Assembly: GCA_951406725.2 (NCBI GenBank)
Contig: OX597822.1
Coordinates: 32,922,001 to 32,986,000 of the forward strand
Origin: Octopus vulgaris
Lineage: Eukaryota
Direction: 5' to 3'
Length of the DNA: 64,000 nucleotides
Part shown: in pieces, positions 24,001 through 37,830 of the stretch
How the letters are laid out: each line of letters begins with the position of its first letter
Numbering within the stretch: the first letter of the stretch is position 1
The notes under the pieces: model-generated
What the model was told of the DNA's origin: nothing
The model's input: the letters and a program-made list of their open reading frames with translations, nothing else
Database searches by the model: none
Program-made: the position numbers and the translations under genes

Positions 24001-24622
24001 TGATGACTGTTCCTACACGGAAGCCCACCCGGTAGCACGACAAACTTGACCACCAGAAAAAACAGACGTCAACAATACTTTAACGAATCAAAAATCAGAT
24101 CCCTTCGCGGAAAAACTTATGAATACACCGGATTCCAAAAACCACCGTTAGAAGCGAAAGTTCCTGCACAAGACGGAAAGAGAATCACAGAAGTTGTAAA
24201 CCAAACCCCCTTTTTTTACTATCTTCATTTCTCTATTGCTTTTCTCCCTCTTAACTCAGTATAACTGAAACTTTGATATTTATTTCTTGTCGGCAACTAC
24301 TAACGCTATTGAATTTTGTACATTTAAACAAGTTCATCAGCAGTTTTTTATATTATTGACTGTTAGAAATCTTCAAACTTGTCAACATTGAAACTTTTAA
24401 ATAGGTTTTTCTAATTCATAATTCTAAATTTGTCTGTTATGAACATTTAAACTTGTCAACAATGAAACTTTTAAGCATGTTTTTCTAATTCATAATTCAA
24501 AAGTTTACCTTAGATAAACAAAAAATATTGTTAAAACTAGTATATATGTAAATAAATTTATTTTAAAACAATTAGAAGTTTTTCGAATTTACATGCAATT
24601 TCAACAATAAGTTTGCCTGTAT
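21094..24622 (+). mobile_element. Penelope-like element (Neptune-type), near full length, decayed, with ~270-bp inverted terminal repeats
   Basis: RT motifs FYGLPKIHK (~22046), PIVAG, LYTSIPH and WKRYLDDCF (~22630-22656), then thumb LPFLDILI..HPKHTKINIPFNLAR. A Cys linker KCIHPNCRTC precedes the GIY-YIG domain NVIS.LKC..C...YIGQT....R...H (YIG 23431-23439). 21119-21394 is inverted relative to 24349-24622, and (TA)n lies on both flanks. Confidence 0.93.
21465..23673 (+). pseudogene. Penelope-like RT/GIY-YIG endonuclease ORF, disrupted by stops and frameshifts
   Basis: ORF-track pieces 21576-21926, 22159-22665, 22738-22983, 23063-23326 and 23455-23673 are collinear parts of one PLE protein. 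Confidence 0.9.
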
Positions 24623-24624
24623 AT

Positions 24625-24661
<37 letters not shown>

Positions 24662-24724
24662 TGTGTGTGTGTGTGTATGTGTGTGTGTACATTTATATGT
24701 ACCTATATATATTTAAATATATAC

Positions 24725-24768
<44 letters not shown>

Positions 24769-24964
24769 GTGTATGGATATATATAAACATATATAGCATG
24801 TTCGTGTGTATGTGTGTGTGTGTCTGGTCATACTAAATGTTGCAATTTTGAGTTGGTTTCTATCATTTGCATATGCGCCCACACGCCTATATACATACGC
24901 ACATAACTATGTATATATAGAGGAGAGTGGGACAGACAGACGGACGAACTGATATATATATATA

Positions 24965-25076
<112 letters not shown>

Positions 25077-25614
25077 TGTAATCGTCGAGTAATTCATTAA
25101 GTTTTGATTTATTCTAGAAAAGCTGGAATGTAGCCCAAATAAGTATAATGTAGTTAGATTAGATCTGACGCAATTAAAAACCATTAAACCAACTTGCCTG
25201 CTGTGCTTATGAGTCTCACTGTCGAACATATAAACGGTTGATCGAGTAACTATACAGGAAACGGTAAAACAAATATGACACTAAATAAAATTTAATAAAA
25301 GGCAAATATTCGAATAGCATTTATTGTATCGTAAAGAATATAGGTATACATTTCATTAAGAAAACTACAGAACTGAAATTAAACTATAATGCACCATAGA
25401 ATTAATTGCCATTTCGGAATTGTTTCAATATCAGAAATTCTTTTCATATTTATTTGACTGCTATAAGACGGATATTAACGATTATGAATTTTAGAATTAT
25501 AGATTAACTATATTGTGGAACGGTCGTAGAGGTCATAGCACTAAAGTCACAATGTCAATGTGTGTCTCTACAGATACATATATACATACCGACGTGTGTA
25601 AGTATGTATGAATG

Positions 25615-25647
<33 letters not shown>

Positions 25648-26862
25648 ATGAGCGTGTGATTGTGTGTAGGTGTGTGTGCGCGCCTGTAAGTTTATGTATA
25701 AATATTCACAGTTACATATATATCTATATATATATATATCTATATATATATGTATATATGATTAAATAATCGTTTAATTCAGAAGATTAATTTTAGAATA
25801 CGGATACCCATACAATGTAATACTGTTCCGTACAGAGATATTCCATTCTTATTTTGTAATGTTCGTTTGTTATAAATTCAGTAAATTTCCTTAGGTAGGT
25901 TTGGCTGGCTCAAAACGGTACAAACTCTAAAACAGACCTCTGCCAAAATATTATATGAGGATGCATAATTGTCCTCAGGTAAGTAGGTCAACTGTTTTCA
26001 CCCATACTTCTGAAATAGTTTAAATTATTGCCCCTCTTTTCTTTCATTAACAATTTTCCAAACTCTCTTGCAAGACGTCATTGCCTTGCATTTATAGCGG
26101 ACATTCACGAAATATCAAATGATTTATTCCGAGAACAAACTAACGGATGTGAATTCGTACCGCAACGTCATCCTACTCTAAACCAATATTTGACTCATCG
26201 TAACTTGTCTCTGGTTATGTTATGTTACCGATTTCAAATAAGAATAAAAGGACTTTGTACAACATTACCTACGATTAGAAATTTCAAATTCTTTATGCGT
26301 GAGGAAGTAATTAATTATGTATATTCTTTGAATCATCTTCAGTACTCTTCGATTTGTATTTCAAACTTCTAATCGTGCAATAGAAGTGATCATCTCATTT
26401 ATCTCCTCATACCTTGTGGTAATAATCGAGCTGATATGAATACAAAGCGACATCTCCTCTAACGCAATTATGCCACTTTACAGAATGATTACTAAATAAA
26501 TGAGTATGGAATTAGAACTTCAAGCTTTCATCAACGCTAGGAAACAAGATACCGAAGATAGTTTGTGGAATTCGATTTTATTCCAAACCATATGAAGATG
26601 AATTACGCAGTGTTCTTAATATAGTTATTATTGTAGTATTCCCTGGAAACACGTGAACGTAGTAATTGAGCAGACCTTTTACTCGTAGCTTTGTCCACTC
26701 TCAGATGGTTATTCTTCGGGCTTTGTAAATACTCTAATAGCGACCAGTTGAACTTTATCGTTATATATCGATTCATGGTTGTATTTTCTATAAATTCACC
26801 CAAGCACGTTTTATATTTCTCGGCTAATGTGCATGTTTACAAATGTCCTTTTACATACTCAT

Positions 26863-27248
26863 GTGTGGTTGTGTTGAGAAGCTTGCTTCCCAACCACGTG
26901 GTTCTGGATTCAGTCTCACTACGTGGCACCATGAGCAAGTGTCTTATATTATAGCTTCGGGCCGACTAAAGACTTGGGAATGGACTTGGTAGAATGAAAC
27001 AGAAAAAAAGCCTATCATGTGTATGTGTGTGTTTATGTGTTTGTGCTTGTGTGTGTGTGTGTGTCTGTCTGTCTGTGTTTGTCCCACCCTATTACTTGAC
27101 AACAGATGTTGGTTTGTTTACGTCCTCGTCATTTCGTAGTGCAGCAAAAGAGACTGATAGAATAAGTACCAGGCTTTAGAAAACAAGGACTGAGGTGGAT
27201 TTGTTCGACTGAAAACTCTTCAATGCGGTGCTCCAGCATGGAGGTCAT
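26863..27248 (+). mobile_element. SINE family B copy
   Basis: Collinear with 43416-43806, including the internal (TG)n tract and the GCGGTGCTCCAGCA end. Confidence 0.7.
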
Positions 27249-27619
27249 TTTTGCCCCTCCTCCACAAGACCTAGCAAACCAACGACTAAAAAAATCAAAC
27301 GTGTGGTTTATTTCCGATATTTTGGAAAAAAGGAGACAAAGAAAAGCAGAAAATAATCAGTTTTATATCTCAAATTGCGTTGATTATCTATTGAAAGTTG
27401 GTTTAATTATGACTAGGCTTAGTATTCGAAATTCATGAATTCAAATATAAGGAGAAAGGGAAGATGCATATAAAAAGTGGTAGCGACAACAAATAGATGT
27501 CTTAAGAGCTTTAGTTGAATTACATTGGTGTTGAAGCAACGGCATTATTTTCATTTATTCTCTGTAATTATCTTCAGCATTTAAAGTGAATAACGCTACT
27601 CGAAAAGAATGAAGAATTA

Positions 27620-27631
27620 GATACATATACA

Positions 27632-27664
<33 letters not shown>

Positions 27665-27699
27665 TCACATATATATACACATACATATATATACATATG

Positions 27700-27752
<53 letters not shown>

Positions 27753-27805
27753 ATATGTTATGTATGTATATATTTTTATATATGTAATTACAAATATGTC
27801 TGGGC

Positions 27806-27852
<47 letters not shown>

Positions 27853-27867
27853 TACATATATATATAC

Positions 27868-27946
<79 letters not shown>

Positions 27947-27951
27947 TATAC

Positions 27952-27982
<31 letters not shown>

Positions 27983-27983
27983 C

Positions 27984-28055
<72 letters not shown>

Positions 28056-28088
28056 ACAGACAAACACATATACATACGTGCATGCACA
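27620..28088. repeat. Long compound (TA)n microsatellite
   Basis: Direct inspection. Confidence 0.95.
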
Positions 28089-29507
28089 TAGATTCTTCTT
28101 TTAAAAAAATACGAATTTTATATGAGCTACTTTAGAAGCATTTAAATGCAAGCAATGTAATTTATCACATTTTATCCGCGGCTCAATTAATACTTATTCA
28201 GCAAAATTATATATTTACGACTACGTTGCTTTGATTTCTTTTTTCGTAGGAACATCGCGTGCTATATTTCTTTCAGCTAATCGATTCCACGTCGACAGAT
28301 CGATCGTTTAGTTCTAATACACACACACTCAAACACACTCCCATACACCCCCACACACATACACACACAACCAAAGACACACACACACACACGCACATAT
28401 ATTGTTTTGATATCCCGCTAAGAGTTGTAAAAAATATGTCGGCGATTCATCTATTTAACGCTTAGCGTTTTTAGCCGTCTTTTATATTTTTTCATGTTTA
28501 TCGAAGCTTTTGTCTCTGTCCTTAATATCAGATCAGAAATACATAGCGCCGTTAATAATAGGGATGGCGAAGCAATAAACTTTTAATGTCTTCTTAATGT
28601 ATAAATTAACAATTCTCTAAATATACAAGTGGAAATGAAGCACTTTAGTCAGACAATATTTCTAAAAATGACTATTCTAAAATACACATATGTAATGAAT
28701 AAGATCTTTCTTTCCTTCAGTCGTTGCTTTTAAATGTTTCAAATGAGGTGAGTTTTTAAAAATAGGAAATAATTATATTCTTGGTTAACTATACGGTTAA
28801 ATAAGTTTTAACAGATTGGTCTGCAGATATCAATTTAATATTGATTTTCTGTCTTGATTTAGTATCTGTCATGGTTTAAGAGACAGGGGCTAGCTAAGAA
28901 TTATTAAAACGGGAAATATATATATATTTATACCAATGACAAGCGAATATCTATGTGTAGTTAAGTACATATACATACAAATATATAGGTGGTGGAGGTG
29001 CGTGTGTGAGCAAGTGTATGTTTATATGTATGTATATATACATATATACATATATAAATATATAAACATATATATATATATATATATATGAACCTTTTTG
29101 AGCGCGTGTGTGTATGTGTGCGAGCGTGTATGCGGGTATGTATATATTTTTTTAGCGAGTGTATGGGTGAGCATGTGTGTGTTTCAAGGAGGGTGGATGA
29201 GTATATACATATAGGCACACATACGTGGGTATCCGGGCGCGCATGTGTATGTATAGACATGCGAGATTACGCGATTATTATGAATATATTTAATCCGTTA
29301 CCCTTACATAGCGGTCATTCTAATAGCTCTTTTGTCTTAATAACGGTCAATCAGAAAGTAATTTCCCTTTGTTTAACGGTCATGTTGATACCAGTTTTTT
29401 CGATGGCCCGATAACTGAAGAGATGCCGGCGTGGGTTTCCGCACCTACATCCGAAACTCGGAGTTTTATCATGGCTACCGAATAATTGTCACATATTATA
29501 TTTACAA

Positions 29508-29594
<87 letters not shown>

Positions 29595-29899
29595 TATACA
29601 TACATACATATATGTATATATATATACATTATTTAAGTATGTGCATATATGAATGTATACATGCATATATTATTTATATATGTGTGTTTATCTATATATA
29701 TGCGTGTGTATATATATATATATATACACACACATACACACGCACATATGCACACACACACACACACAAAAGATAACGAAAAAAAGCTGTACGGGTACGT
29801 TTTGACCAACAAAGACGATGTAGTTTGGCTAGGGAGATTTGGCTGTTATTTCTGCAAGGATGAGTGCTACTGGAAAGGCTCCCTTGCCAACATGTGCTA

Positions 29900-30232
29900 A
29901 ACCTCGTGTAAAATTTTTCCAAGACTTTTCCCTGTGAAATTTATGGGACGGAAATTTTCCTCTGAAATTTAGAGGGGGCGTGAAAATTCCGAAGGTTTTA
30001 CCCCACCACGCTTTCTGATTTTCGGATAAAAACAAAAGGGTATAACTCATTCCACGAAAAAAGAAAAAGAATTTTTTCCGAAAAATCCGGGGCGCCCCCA
30101 GTTCTTTCGGGACCACCAAAATAAGGGATCTGCGGGAAAGTAGAAGGGCGGGTGAAAAGCATGGGAGTGTACTTGTAAAATTTTACCCAATTTGGTACAC
30201 ACACACTCACAGAAAACTTCAATTTTATATAT
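29900..30232 (-). mobile_element. Possible degenerate Helitron-like interspersed element
   Basis: GC-richer island ending ACACACACTCACAGAAAACTTCAATTTTATATA, which resembles the end of 123-503. The termini are not recognisable. Confidence 0.3.
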
Positions 30233-30254
30233 GTAAAAATATACTTACGCGCAG

Positions 30255-30302
<48 letters not shown>

Positions 30303-30353
30303 AAATGCTTAGAAACACGCTACTCATATGTGAATGTAAAAAGTGCAATCCAC

Positions 30354-30560
30354 ACGTGGGTGGGCGCTGATATGTACCTGGCTTTGGGTGGAGGAAAATT
30401 CAAGAAGATCAGTTAATTATGATTTTATTCAACATATTCTCCTCTCAGATTCACATACTTATTGCAGTGGTACTTCATTTTTCTAAGATCTGTTAAAACA
30501 TTCGGAAGGAATGGGCCAAGACCTTTCGCGACACCCTTAAAGCCATTTCAGCACTTTTTC
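30354..30560 (+). mobile_element. Diverged copy of the mariner-type MITE at 33499-33715
   Basis: Shares GATCAGTTAATTAT..AACATATT..TTCACA..GACACCCTTAAAGCC. Confidence 0.7.
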
Positions 30561-30689
30561 AGGCGACATCTATTAATTTGAGTGTAGCAACACCCTAAAC
30601 TCTTTCAATGAAGGATTTTCTGACTTGTAGTAGTCCAGCCATGACTTGGGGGCCTCGTGGAACTCCCCCAAAGGGAAAATGTTCAAGAC

Positions 30690-30850
30690 CATTACCACTG
30701 CCTTCTTTCTGTTCACGCCCAGCATGGAAAGTGACGGAAAGTCACATGGATCGAGGTCTGGACTATAAGGAGTATTAGTAACAATTTAAATGTCCATCTC
30801 TGTGAAGTAGTTAGTTACCACATTGGGACTGGTGTATTGTCTTGAGCATG
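30690..30850 (-). mobile_element. Mariner transposase fragment
   Basis: Minus strand QDNTPV..VTNYFTEMDI*IVTNTPYSPDLDPCDF. Confidence 0.7.
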
Positions 30851-31761
30851 GACTGTGGCCTATGGCGACGAAATCTCTTCAAAACCTCCACAAATTAATC
30901 ATTGTTGACCGCCTAACCAAGGCATCTTCTACCTCCGATGTATGTGGACGATGCCCTCCATTTTGAAAGGGGGGATCAGGAACCTTCCCGATGGACTTTT
31001 TTGTGCCTGGCCTCTTATGCCAGCGAAAAACAGATGCTCAGCTCATACAAGTTAATTCATAAGCTCTCAAGAGCTTATCATAAGTTTATTTCACATTTTT
31101 GCCCTCTTTAACGCAAGATGTTTATTGCATAACCAGCTTCGAAATTGTGCTCATTTCCCGACTACATGCTTCAAGCTGATCAACTGGACAAGTAGTATTT
31201 AGTAGGGCGTGTTCAATATGTTGTTACAGATTTCTCTTTTGATCCGCAGTAACAAAAGTACCAAGATCAGCTTATTATATGATTAATAATGATATATTAT
31301 AACTGCAATAATCTGAGGCAGCTACAACAGCCTCTCCTGAAAAAAGTCTTTACATTTCCTGGATGCACTCCGTATATATGCATGAATGTTGCTATATATG
31401 CATGTACTGTTTGTGCACTTGTGTATACGATCATGTGATTTTTTTTCTTTTTGTCCACACATGAATATATGCATGTATGTATGCATGTATGTATGTATGC
31501 ATGTATGTATGTATGCATGTATGTATGTATGCATGTATGCATGTATGTATGTATGTATGTATGTTTGTATGTACGTTCTCTTTCTCTTTTTAATCTAGAG
31601 TAATTGTTTGACCGGTCATTAACTTGGTAGCAAGGTTGTAAAGGAAAGCATGTTGTTTTGTTCATCATTCTTCAAATCTTAAAGAGAAGGCATACAGATA
31701 TCGACGATGCAGCTGCAATATCAATAGAAATCGATACCGTAACTGCAACGTCGCTATATAG

Positions 31762-31828
<67 letters not shown>

Positions 31829-32899
31829 TGTATGTATGTATGTAAGCATGTATTATGTATGCATGTGTGTATGTATGTATGTATATATATATGTATATAT
31901 ATGTGTGCATATATATATATATATATGTATGTATATATGTATGCATATATGTATGTATGCATGTATGTATATATACATATGTGTGCGTGTGTGTGTGTAT
32001 ATAACGAGTGAGTAAGAAGGAGACACATAGATGGTTTCGTATATATGGTGTTCGTATGATGTAACTTCGCCCATCATGGGAGTAGTTACTGAAGTATTTC
32101 TAATGGTGATAAATATGAGACAGCCAAGCTATAAAGCTGCTACATTATTTCTCCATTGCTTTATCGATGGAAATATTTTCGTATTAATTTTATTAAACGT
32201 AAATAACATTTATCAAAACTATATTTTAGAGAAATTCGACATATCAGATTCGATAAAGAATTAAAAAAAAAAAGGTTGACAAGATATATTTAAAATAGCT
32301 ATTTTCCTAAGCGAAACTAAATTTCCATCCCACTTTTAGCAAAGTTTCAACCGGGTAATCGTTCGGCTTGGCATATTGATAAATTTCAAAATAATCTCGT
32401 AGATAGCAATAGCCAACTTAAAACATATGCATGTTTCTATGTGTATAGACTCACTCTTACACACACACACACACACGTAGACACACACACAGGTATATGC
32501 GCGTATATGGGTTTGTATATGCATATATGTATGTGCGCGTGTGTATGAATGTCATTTGTATTCTCAATCACTTCAAATGAAATCCTTTAGCTTGAAGTAT
32601 TTAAAATTTTTTTAAATCTTTGAATACATAAGGAAAGCGTTTTTTCTGCAACAGACGAACCCTCTACGCGAAATTTTAGCCTGCTAGAAATAGCAGCAAA
32701 TACCAAAAATATTAGTTTTAGTTTAGGCACAAGGAAAGTATTTTTGTATGCAGAAGCGAAGAGAATGTCATCGACCGTAGTGCTAAACTGATGTTTGTCT
32801 TAATGACTTGCAAAGCATTGAAGGTAAACTAGACAGAAGTGGAAGTCAGAGTGTAAAGACGTATACAGTCTCGGCAAAATTTTTCCCCAGCAAGTTCCT

Positions 32900-33062
32900 G
32901 GGTCGGTGTCGATTAAATTGACCTCAGTGCTCAACTGGTACATATTTTATCGTCCCATAGAAAACGAAAGGCAAAGTCGACCTCGGTGGAATTTGAACTC
33001 AGAAAGTAAAGACGAAATGTTGATAAGCATTTTGCCCGACGTGCAAACGATTCTATTTTGCT
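32900..33062 (-). mobile_element. SINE family C copy
   Basis: GAAAGGCAAAGTCGACCTCGGTGGAATTTGAACTCAGAA is the reverse complement of the 61040-61082 core. Confidence 0.7.
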
Positions 33063-33498
33063 ACCTTAAATACCAGTAATAGTGATTCCCTGTATATACC
33101 CGCGAGAAACTAAAGCGTTGTTGGTGGTGTCTAGATCACTTTTAATTAAAGTTACGCTCAGCTAGGACTGGGTTGCGAATAAACATTTCCAACATAGACA
33201 AACTAAAATTGTGGTCGGCTAACATCTATATCCTTACTATTCATGTCTGCTGAAGGCAATTTCCTTTCGTTTACACAATTCACAGCATGTTAAAATGCAA
33301 GAAAATAATTTGAGAATTTGAAAAGGCTGTTTATACTATTTTGAAGTAAATTCATTGCCAATGAATATGTCTAAGGAAATTAAAGTATTATTATCCCTTG
33401 TAAGATAACAGAGAGGCAGCACAGAAAGACAACTTCTTAGTTATGGTTTACTATTTGTAACACATAATATTTACTACCAGGTCCTTTTACCATGTACA

Positions 33499-33715
33499 CG
33501 AGGGAGTGCTGAAAAGTTCCTGTCTTTAGATAAAAGAAAATACAAGAGGATCAGTTAATTATTATCTTATATAACATATTCCCCTTTGAAATTCACACAC
33601 TTACTGCAGCAGTCCTTCAGTTTTCCTAAGCCCTATAAAAAAACACGGAAGGTTGGGCCTCCAACCAGGCGTTTCACGACACCCTTAAAGCCCGGAACTT
33701 TTCAGCACCCTTTCG
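33499..33715. mobile_element. Mariner (irritans-type) MITE, 217 bp
   Basis: TIRs CGAGGGAGTGCTGAAAAGTTCC / GGAACTTTTCAGCACCCTTTCG, with TA on the right and CA on the left. Confidence 0.85.
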
Positions 33716-33787
33716 TACATTCACTGGCCTGGTGTTAATTTAGGTGTTCTTCGTACTGTTCTCTTCAACTGGTGAAGCCCAAATAAA

Positions 33788-34000
33788 TAGTTTCAAATTT
33801 TGTCATCGGGCCAGCAGTTTTTGAAAGGTGGTGGAAGTCGATTACATCGATCCTATTGCTCGACTAGTTCTTATTTTATAGATCCCGAAGGATGAAATGT
33901 AATATCGACCATCGATGGAGTTTGTACTCAGAACAAGCAGACGGACGAAATGTCGCTAAGTATTTTGTCCGGTATGCAAACGATGTTGTCAGCTCACCGC
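33788..34000 (-). mobile_element. SINE family C copy (diverged)
   Basis: Reverse complement begins GCGGTGAGCTGACAAC and is collinear with the other family C copies. Confidence 0.6.
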
Positions 34001-34889
34001 TTTCGACAGTTCAGATAACTCACACCTAACTAAAATTTGTTACTGGTTTCCCAGAACAAAAACACGCTTTAATATAGCAGGCCTACGATCAAGATACCCC
34101 AGCCATAGTCTCCCGTCTTTTCGTCTAGTCTTGTAGTATACCTGTAAAAGTCAGTAATTTATTGTGGCGTCACCTTTAGAGAATTCCACACGTAAAGCCC
34201 ATACTTTAATCAAAGACTGGTTGTTATAACTGTTACAGGTCTACAAAATCTTAAACTAGATCTCACAACAACAATGTTGAACATGAGTAGTCTTCTTTGA
34301 AATGAAAGGCTGTAACATATTGGAGTTTTGACTAGTATTGCTATCGGGCCAAATGCTTGCGTTCAAGCACTCTGATTAGTATGTTAATTAATTAATATAC
34401 TTTGAGGCATGATTACAGAAACCTCATTTTAACAAATTAATTGCACCTCCGCTTTCTCTGCAGAAACTAAAAAAGTTTTTTATTCTATCGATTCAGATGG
34501 CAGTTGGTCGAGATATTCGAGCGTTAGTTGTATTGCCTAGCGATATTCGTTTCTGCAATCTGCACTCCGAGTTCGAGTCACGTTGATGTTAATTTTACCT
34601 TTCACTCTTTTGGTGTCGATAAGTAAAGCACCAGGATATCACTGATATCGATTCGTCTCCTCCTACTCCTTTCTTTCTTCTTTTCTTCATTTCTTTCTTT
34701 TTCTTCTCCTTTCACTTCTTCACTTTTTCTCTTCTACTCCCTCTCTCTCTCATTCTCTCTTTCCATCTCTCTTTCCCTTCCTTTTCCGCTTTCCATGTTT
34801 CTGGAGGAAATCGATGATTCTGGTCATATTTAGAAAGGAAGTGGACCTGCCAGATTTAAAACGCTTAAGATACATCGTATATAAATATG

Positions 34890-35225
34890 GTGGAGGCGCA
34901 ATGGCCCAGTGGTTAGGGCAGCGGACTCGCGGTCGTAGGATCGCGGTTTCGATTCCCAGACCGGGCGTTGGGAGTGTTTATTGAGCGAAAACACCTAAAG
35001 CTCCACGAGGCTCCGGCAGGGGGGTGGTGATGTTGTACCTGTATTTCAAAGGGCTGGCCTTGTCACTCTCTGTGTCACGCTGAATATCCCCGAGAACTAC
35101 GTTAAGGGTACACGTGTCTGTGGAGTGCTCAGTCACTTACACGTTAATTTCACGAGCAGGCTGTTCCGTTGATCTGATCGGATCAACCGGAACCCTCGTC
35201 GTCGTAACCGACGGAGTGCTTCCAC
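34890..35225 (+). mobile_element. tRNA-derived SINE family A, young copy with an internal deletion and TSD
   Basis: Head GGAGGCGCAATGGCCCAGTGGTTAGGGCAGCGGACTCG..GGTTTCGATTCCC. It lacks the pyrimidine-rich middle segment. TSD ATATAAA(T/C)ATG at 34879-34889 and 35226-35236. Confidence 0.9.
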
Positions 35226-36115
35226 ATATAAACATGACATCCCTATAGTTCTGTCATAAAGATATAGGGTCATAATGCATACCACGAGATAGAAATGTTT
35301 TTTTGGTTACTACTTAATGTAAGTACTTTAAATGTCTCATATCCATATCGGGGTGATTTACGATCATAAATATACTGAAATTTTGAACAATTTTCCAGAT
35401 TTTTTATTCTTAACGATGACCTATACTCAAAGGCATTTTCCCATTGACTATGATTTATGTTAATGCAAATTCTCAGGTATTTGTATTTATCTTGTAGTAA
35501 TGGACTTATGTAACTATCTATCTAAAGGATGGTACGTTATTCCATAATCCTAACTACTCCCTTTATATGCACAACCCAAAGTAATTACTAAGGATACTGA
35601 AATATTCTATGGTAGATGAGCTCGGATTATATCGGATTATTTGAATTTATTTGTATTGACTTTTTGGGGGAAATATTTCTGCAATCAATTATTAATTATA
35701 TCTCTCCTTCTTTGGTAAATTTATTATACTTCTCTTTACATAATCAAGTTATATTTTTCATGATCAAGTAAAAATAATACATTTTACTGGAACTATTTAA
35801 AGCAACGAGGAGTATTATGTAATCTAACTTGCCAGTGATTCTTCGTGTGTCCTTTTTCAGTTCTTCTATGAAAACATTTCTCTAAATTTACACAGCTAAT
35901 CTTCTAAAAATGTATAAAATACCATGAAATTGTATTTTATTTTATTTTTCTGTATTCTAGAATTGTTTCTTTTATTTTGCTATATTTATTGTTTATCTTA
36001 TCATTATTCGTTTTGATCGGGACTTTCGGTTTCGTCTGTTCGCTTTCTCAATCACTGTTGTTAGAATAAGCAGTCAGGTAACACTTCAACAATTCCATTA
36101 AAAATTAATTAATTA

Positions 36116-36245
36116 GGCGCAGGTGTGAATGTGCGGTAGGAAGTTTGCTTCCCAACCTCATGGTTTCAGGTTCAATGACTATCTTCTGCTACAGTTCTGG
36201 GCCGACCAAAATCTTATGAGTGGATTTGGTAGACAGAAACAAATA

Positions 36246-36308
<63 letters not shown>

Positions 36309-36525
36309 GTGCGTGTGTGAGTGAGGATTTGTATTTGTGCTTTCCCTTACTAGCATTTCATAAACGTGGTTGCTGTGACTGAGTCCCCGTAACTTAATGG
36401 TTCGGCTAAAGAGACCGATAGAACAAGTACTGGGTCACCGCTTTCGGCTAAACATTCTTCAAGGCGGTACCCTGGCATGACCGCAACCAAATGTTAGTAA
36501 AAATTAAATGATAAATATAAAAGAT
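36116..36525 (+). mobile_element. SINE family B copy
   Basis: GGCGCAGGTGTG head, GAGTGGATTTGGTAGAC, internal (TG)n and GAGACCGATAGAA. Confidence 0.7.
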
Positions 36526-37582
36526 AATACATTTGTTTATTATTTCAATATCGTGTCTTTGCATAAGTAACTAATCCTTTGATTTCTTGAACTTGTACAG
36601 AAAAACTTTAAAGTTTACACTTTCCCCCTTTATGGTGTGACTTCTAAAGATTGTAATTTAAATTAAAATATTTTTCTTTTACATAATACAATTCGTTTTA
36701 CTCGATGAAAATCGGAAATGCCTTTCCTAACCCACACAATCCTCTATCGAACATCACGAATTATCTATTCAGGAATGAGAAAAGAAAATGAAACTTTTGC
36801 ATTTATTCCAGTGATTTATATCTTAGACATCTCCGACTTCCGTAGTAAAGAACAAAAATCATAGGAAATATAATTTGTACGAACTATATGTTTATTTTTT
36901 TTCAATAATTTGTTTCTGATCAAGGTATATGAACGGTTCGGAATTGTTCCATATCCAATGTAAAAAAAAGATTCTTCGTAGAAAACAAATTTGCTTATAA
37001 CCAAATATTCTTTCATCAATATAATAACAATTTTATACGAGTTTCTTCTTTATAGGTATTTATCGCATATCAATAAAACCAAAGGTTTCTTTTTTTTTTT
37101 TATTCTTCTGTGTCAGTGAAGATTCGTATTCGACAATTTAACATCAAATTATATGTAAACATGCAATGTTGAGATTGCCCTTTGCTATTTGTCGGTTGTA
37201 AAGTGCTTCATGCTATAGAAATTATAGATAAACATTTCAATTCCTATTTGTGCGAATGTGTACTACATATGCTTTTAAAGAAGCCTATTTATTGCTCGTT
37301 AGATTCTTGTGTAGCCGTTACCTTCAACAGAACTTGCCTTCAAATTACTTTTTGGTTAACAATAGTTTATTGATGTTATACACAATAGGCACACAATTAT
37401 TTTACATTTATTTTCATTCCTCAATGAAGTGCAAACACCTGTAATATGCTACATCCATTCAATTTATTATGTTCTTCTCCAACATAATTGGCTATATGCC
37501 TAGATAAACTTTACCTCGGCAACTAAATATAAAAATGTTCAATAAGTTGGCAAAGAATACATACTGATATTAGTAACCACTT

Positions 37583-37786
37583 CGAAAGAGAGAGAAAGCG
37601 AAAGAGAGAGAGAGAAAAAGCGAAAGAGAGAGAGAGAGAGAGAAAGCGAAAGAGAGAGAGAGACAGAGAAAGCGAAATGAGAGAGAGAGAGAAAGCGAAA
37701 AAGAGAGAGAGAGAAAGAGGAAAAGTAAGAAAGAGAGAAAAAACGAAAGAGATGGAGAGAGAAAGCGAAAGAGCGGCAGAGAAAGT

Positions 37787-37827
<41 letters not shown>
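37583..37827. repeat. Purine-rich (GA)n minisatellite with recurrent AAAGCGAAA
   Basis: Direct inspection. Confidence 0.9.

Positions 37828-37830
<3 letters not shown>

Noticed and set aside
26028-26372. 114-aa non-repetitive ORF (similarly 41279-41629 and 16953-17222)
   Set aside because: 26028 and 41279 have non-ATG starts, 41279 and 16953 overlap repeat fragments, and none has a recognisable motif. ORFs of this length are expected by chance.
34890-34960. tRNA-like sequence with A and B boxes
   Set aside because: It is the head of a multi-copy SINE. There is no acceptor stem or terminator, so it is not a tRNA gene.
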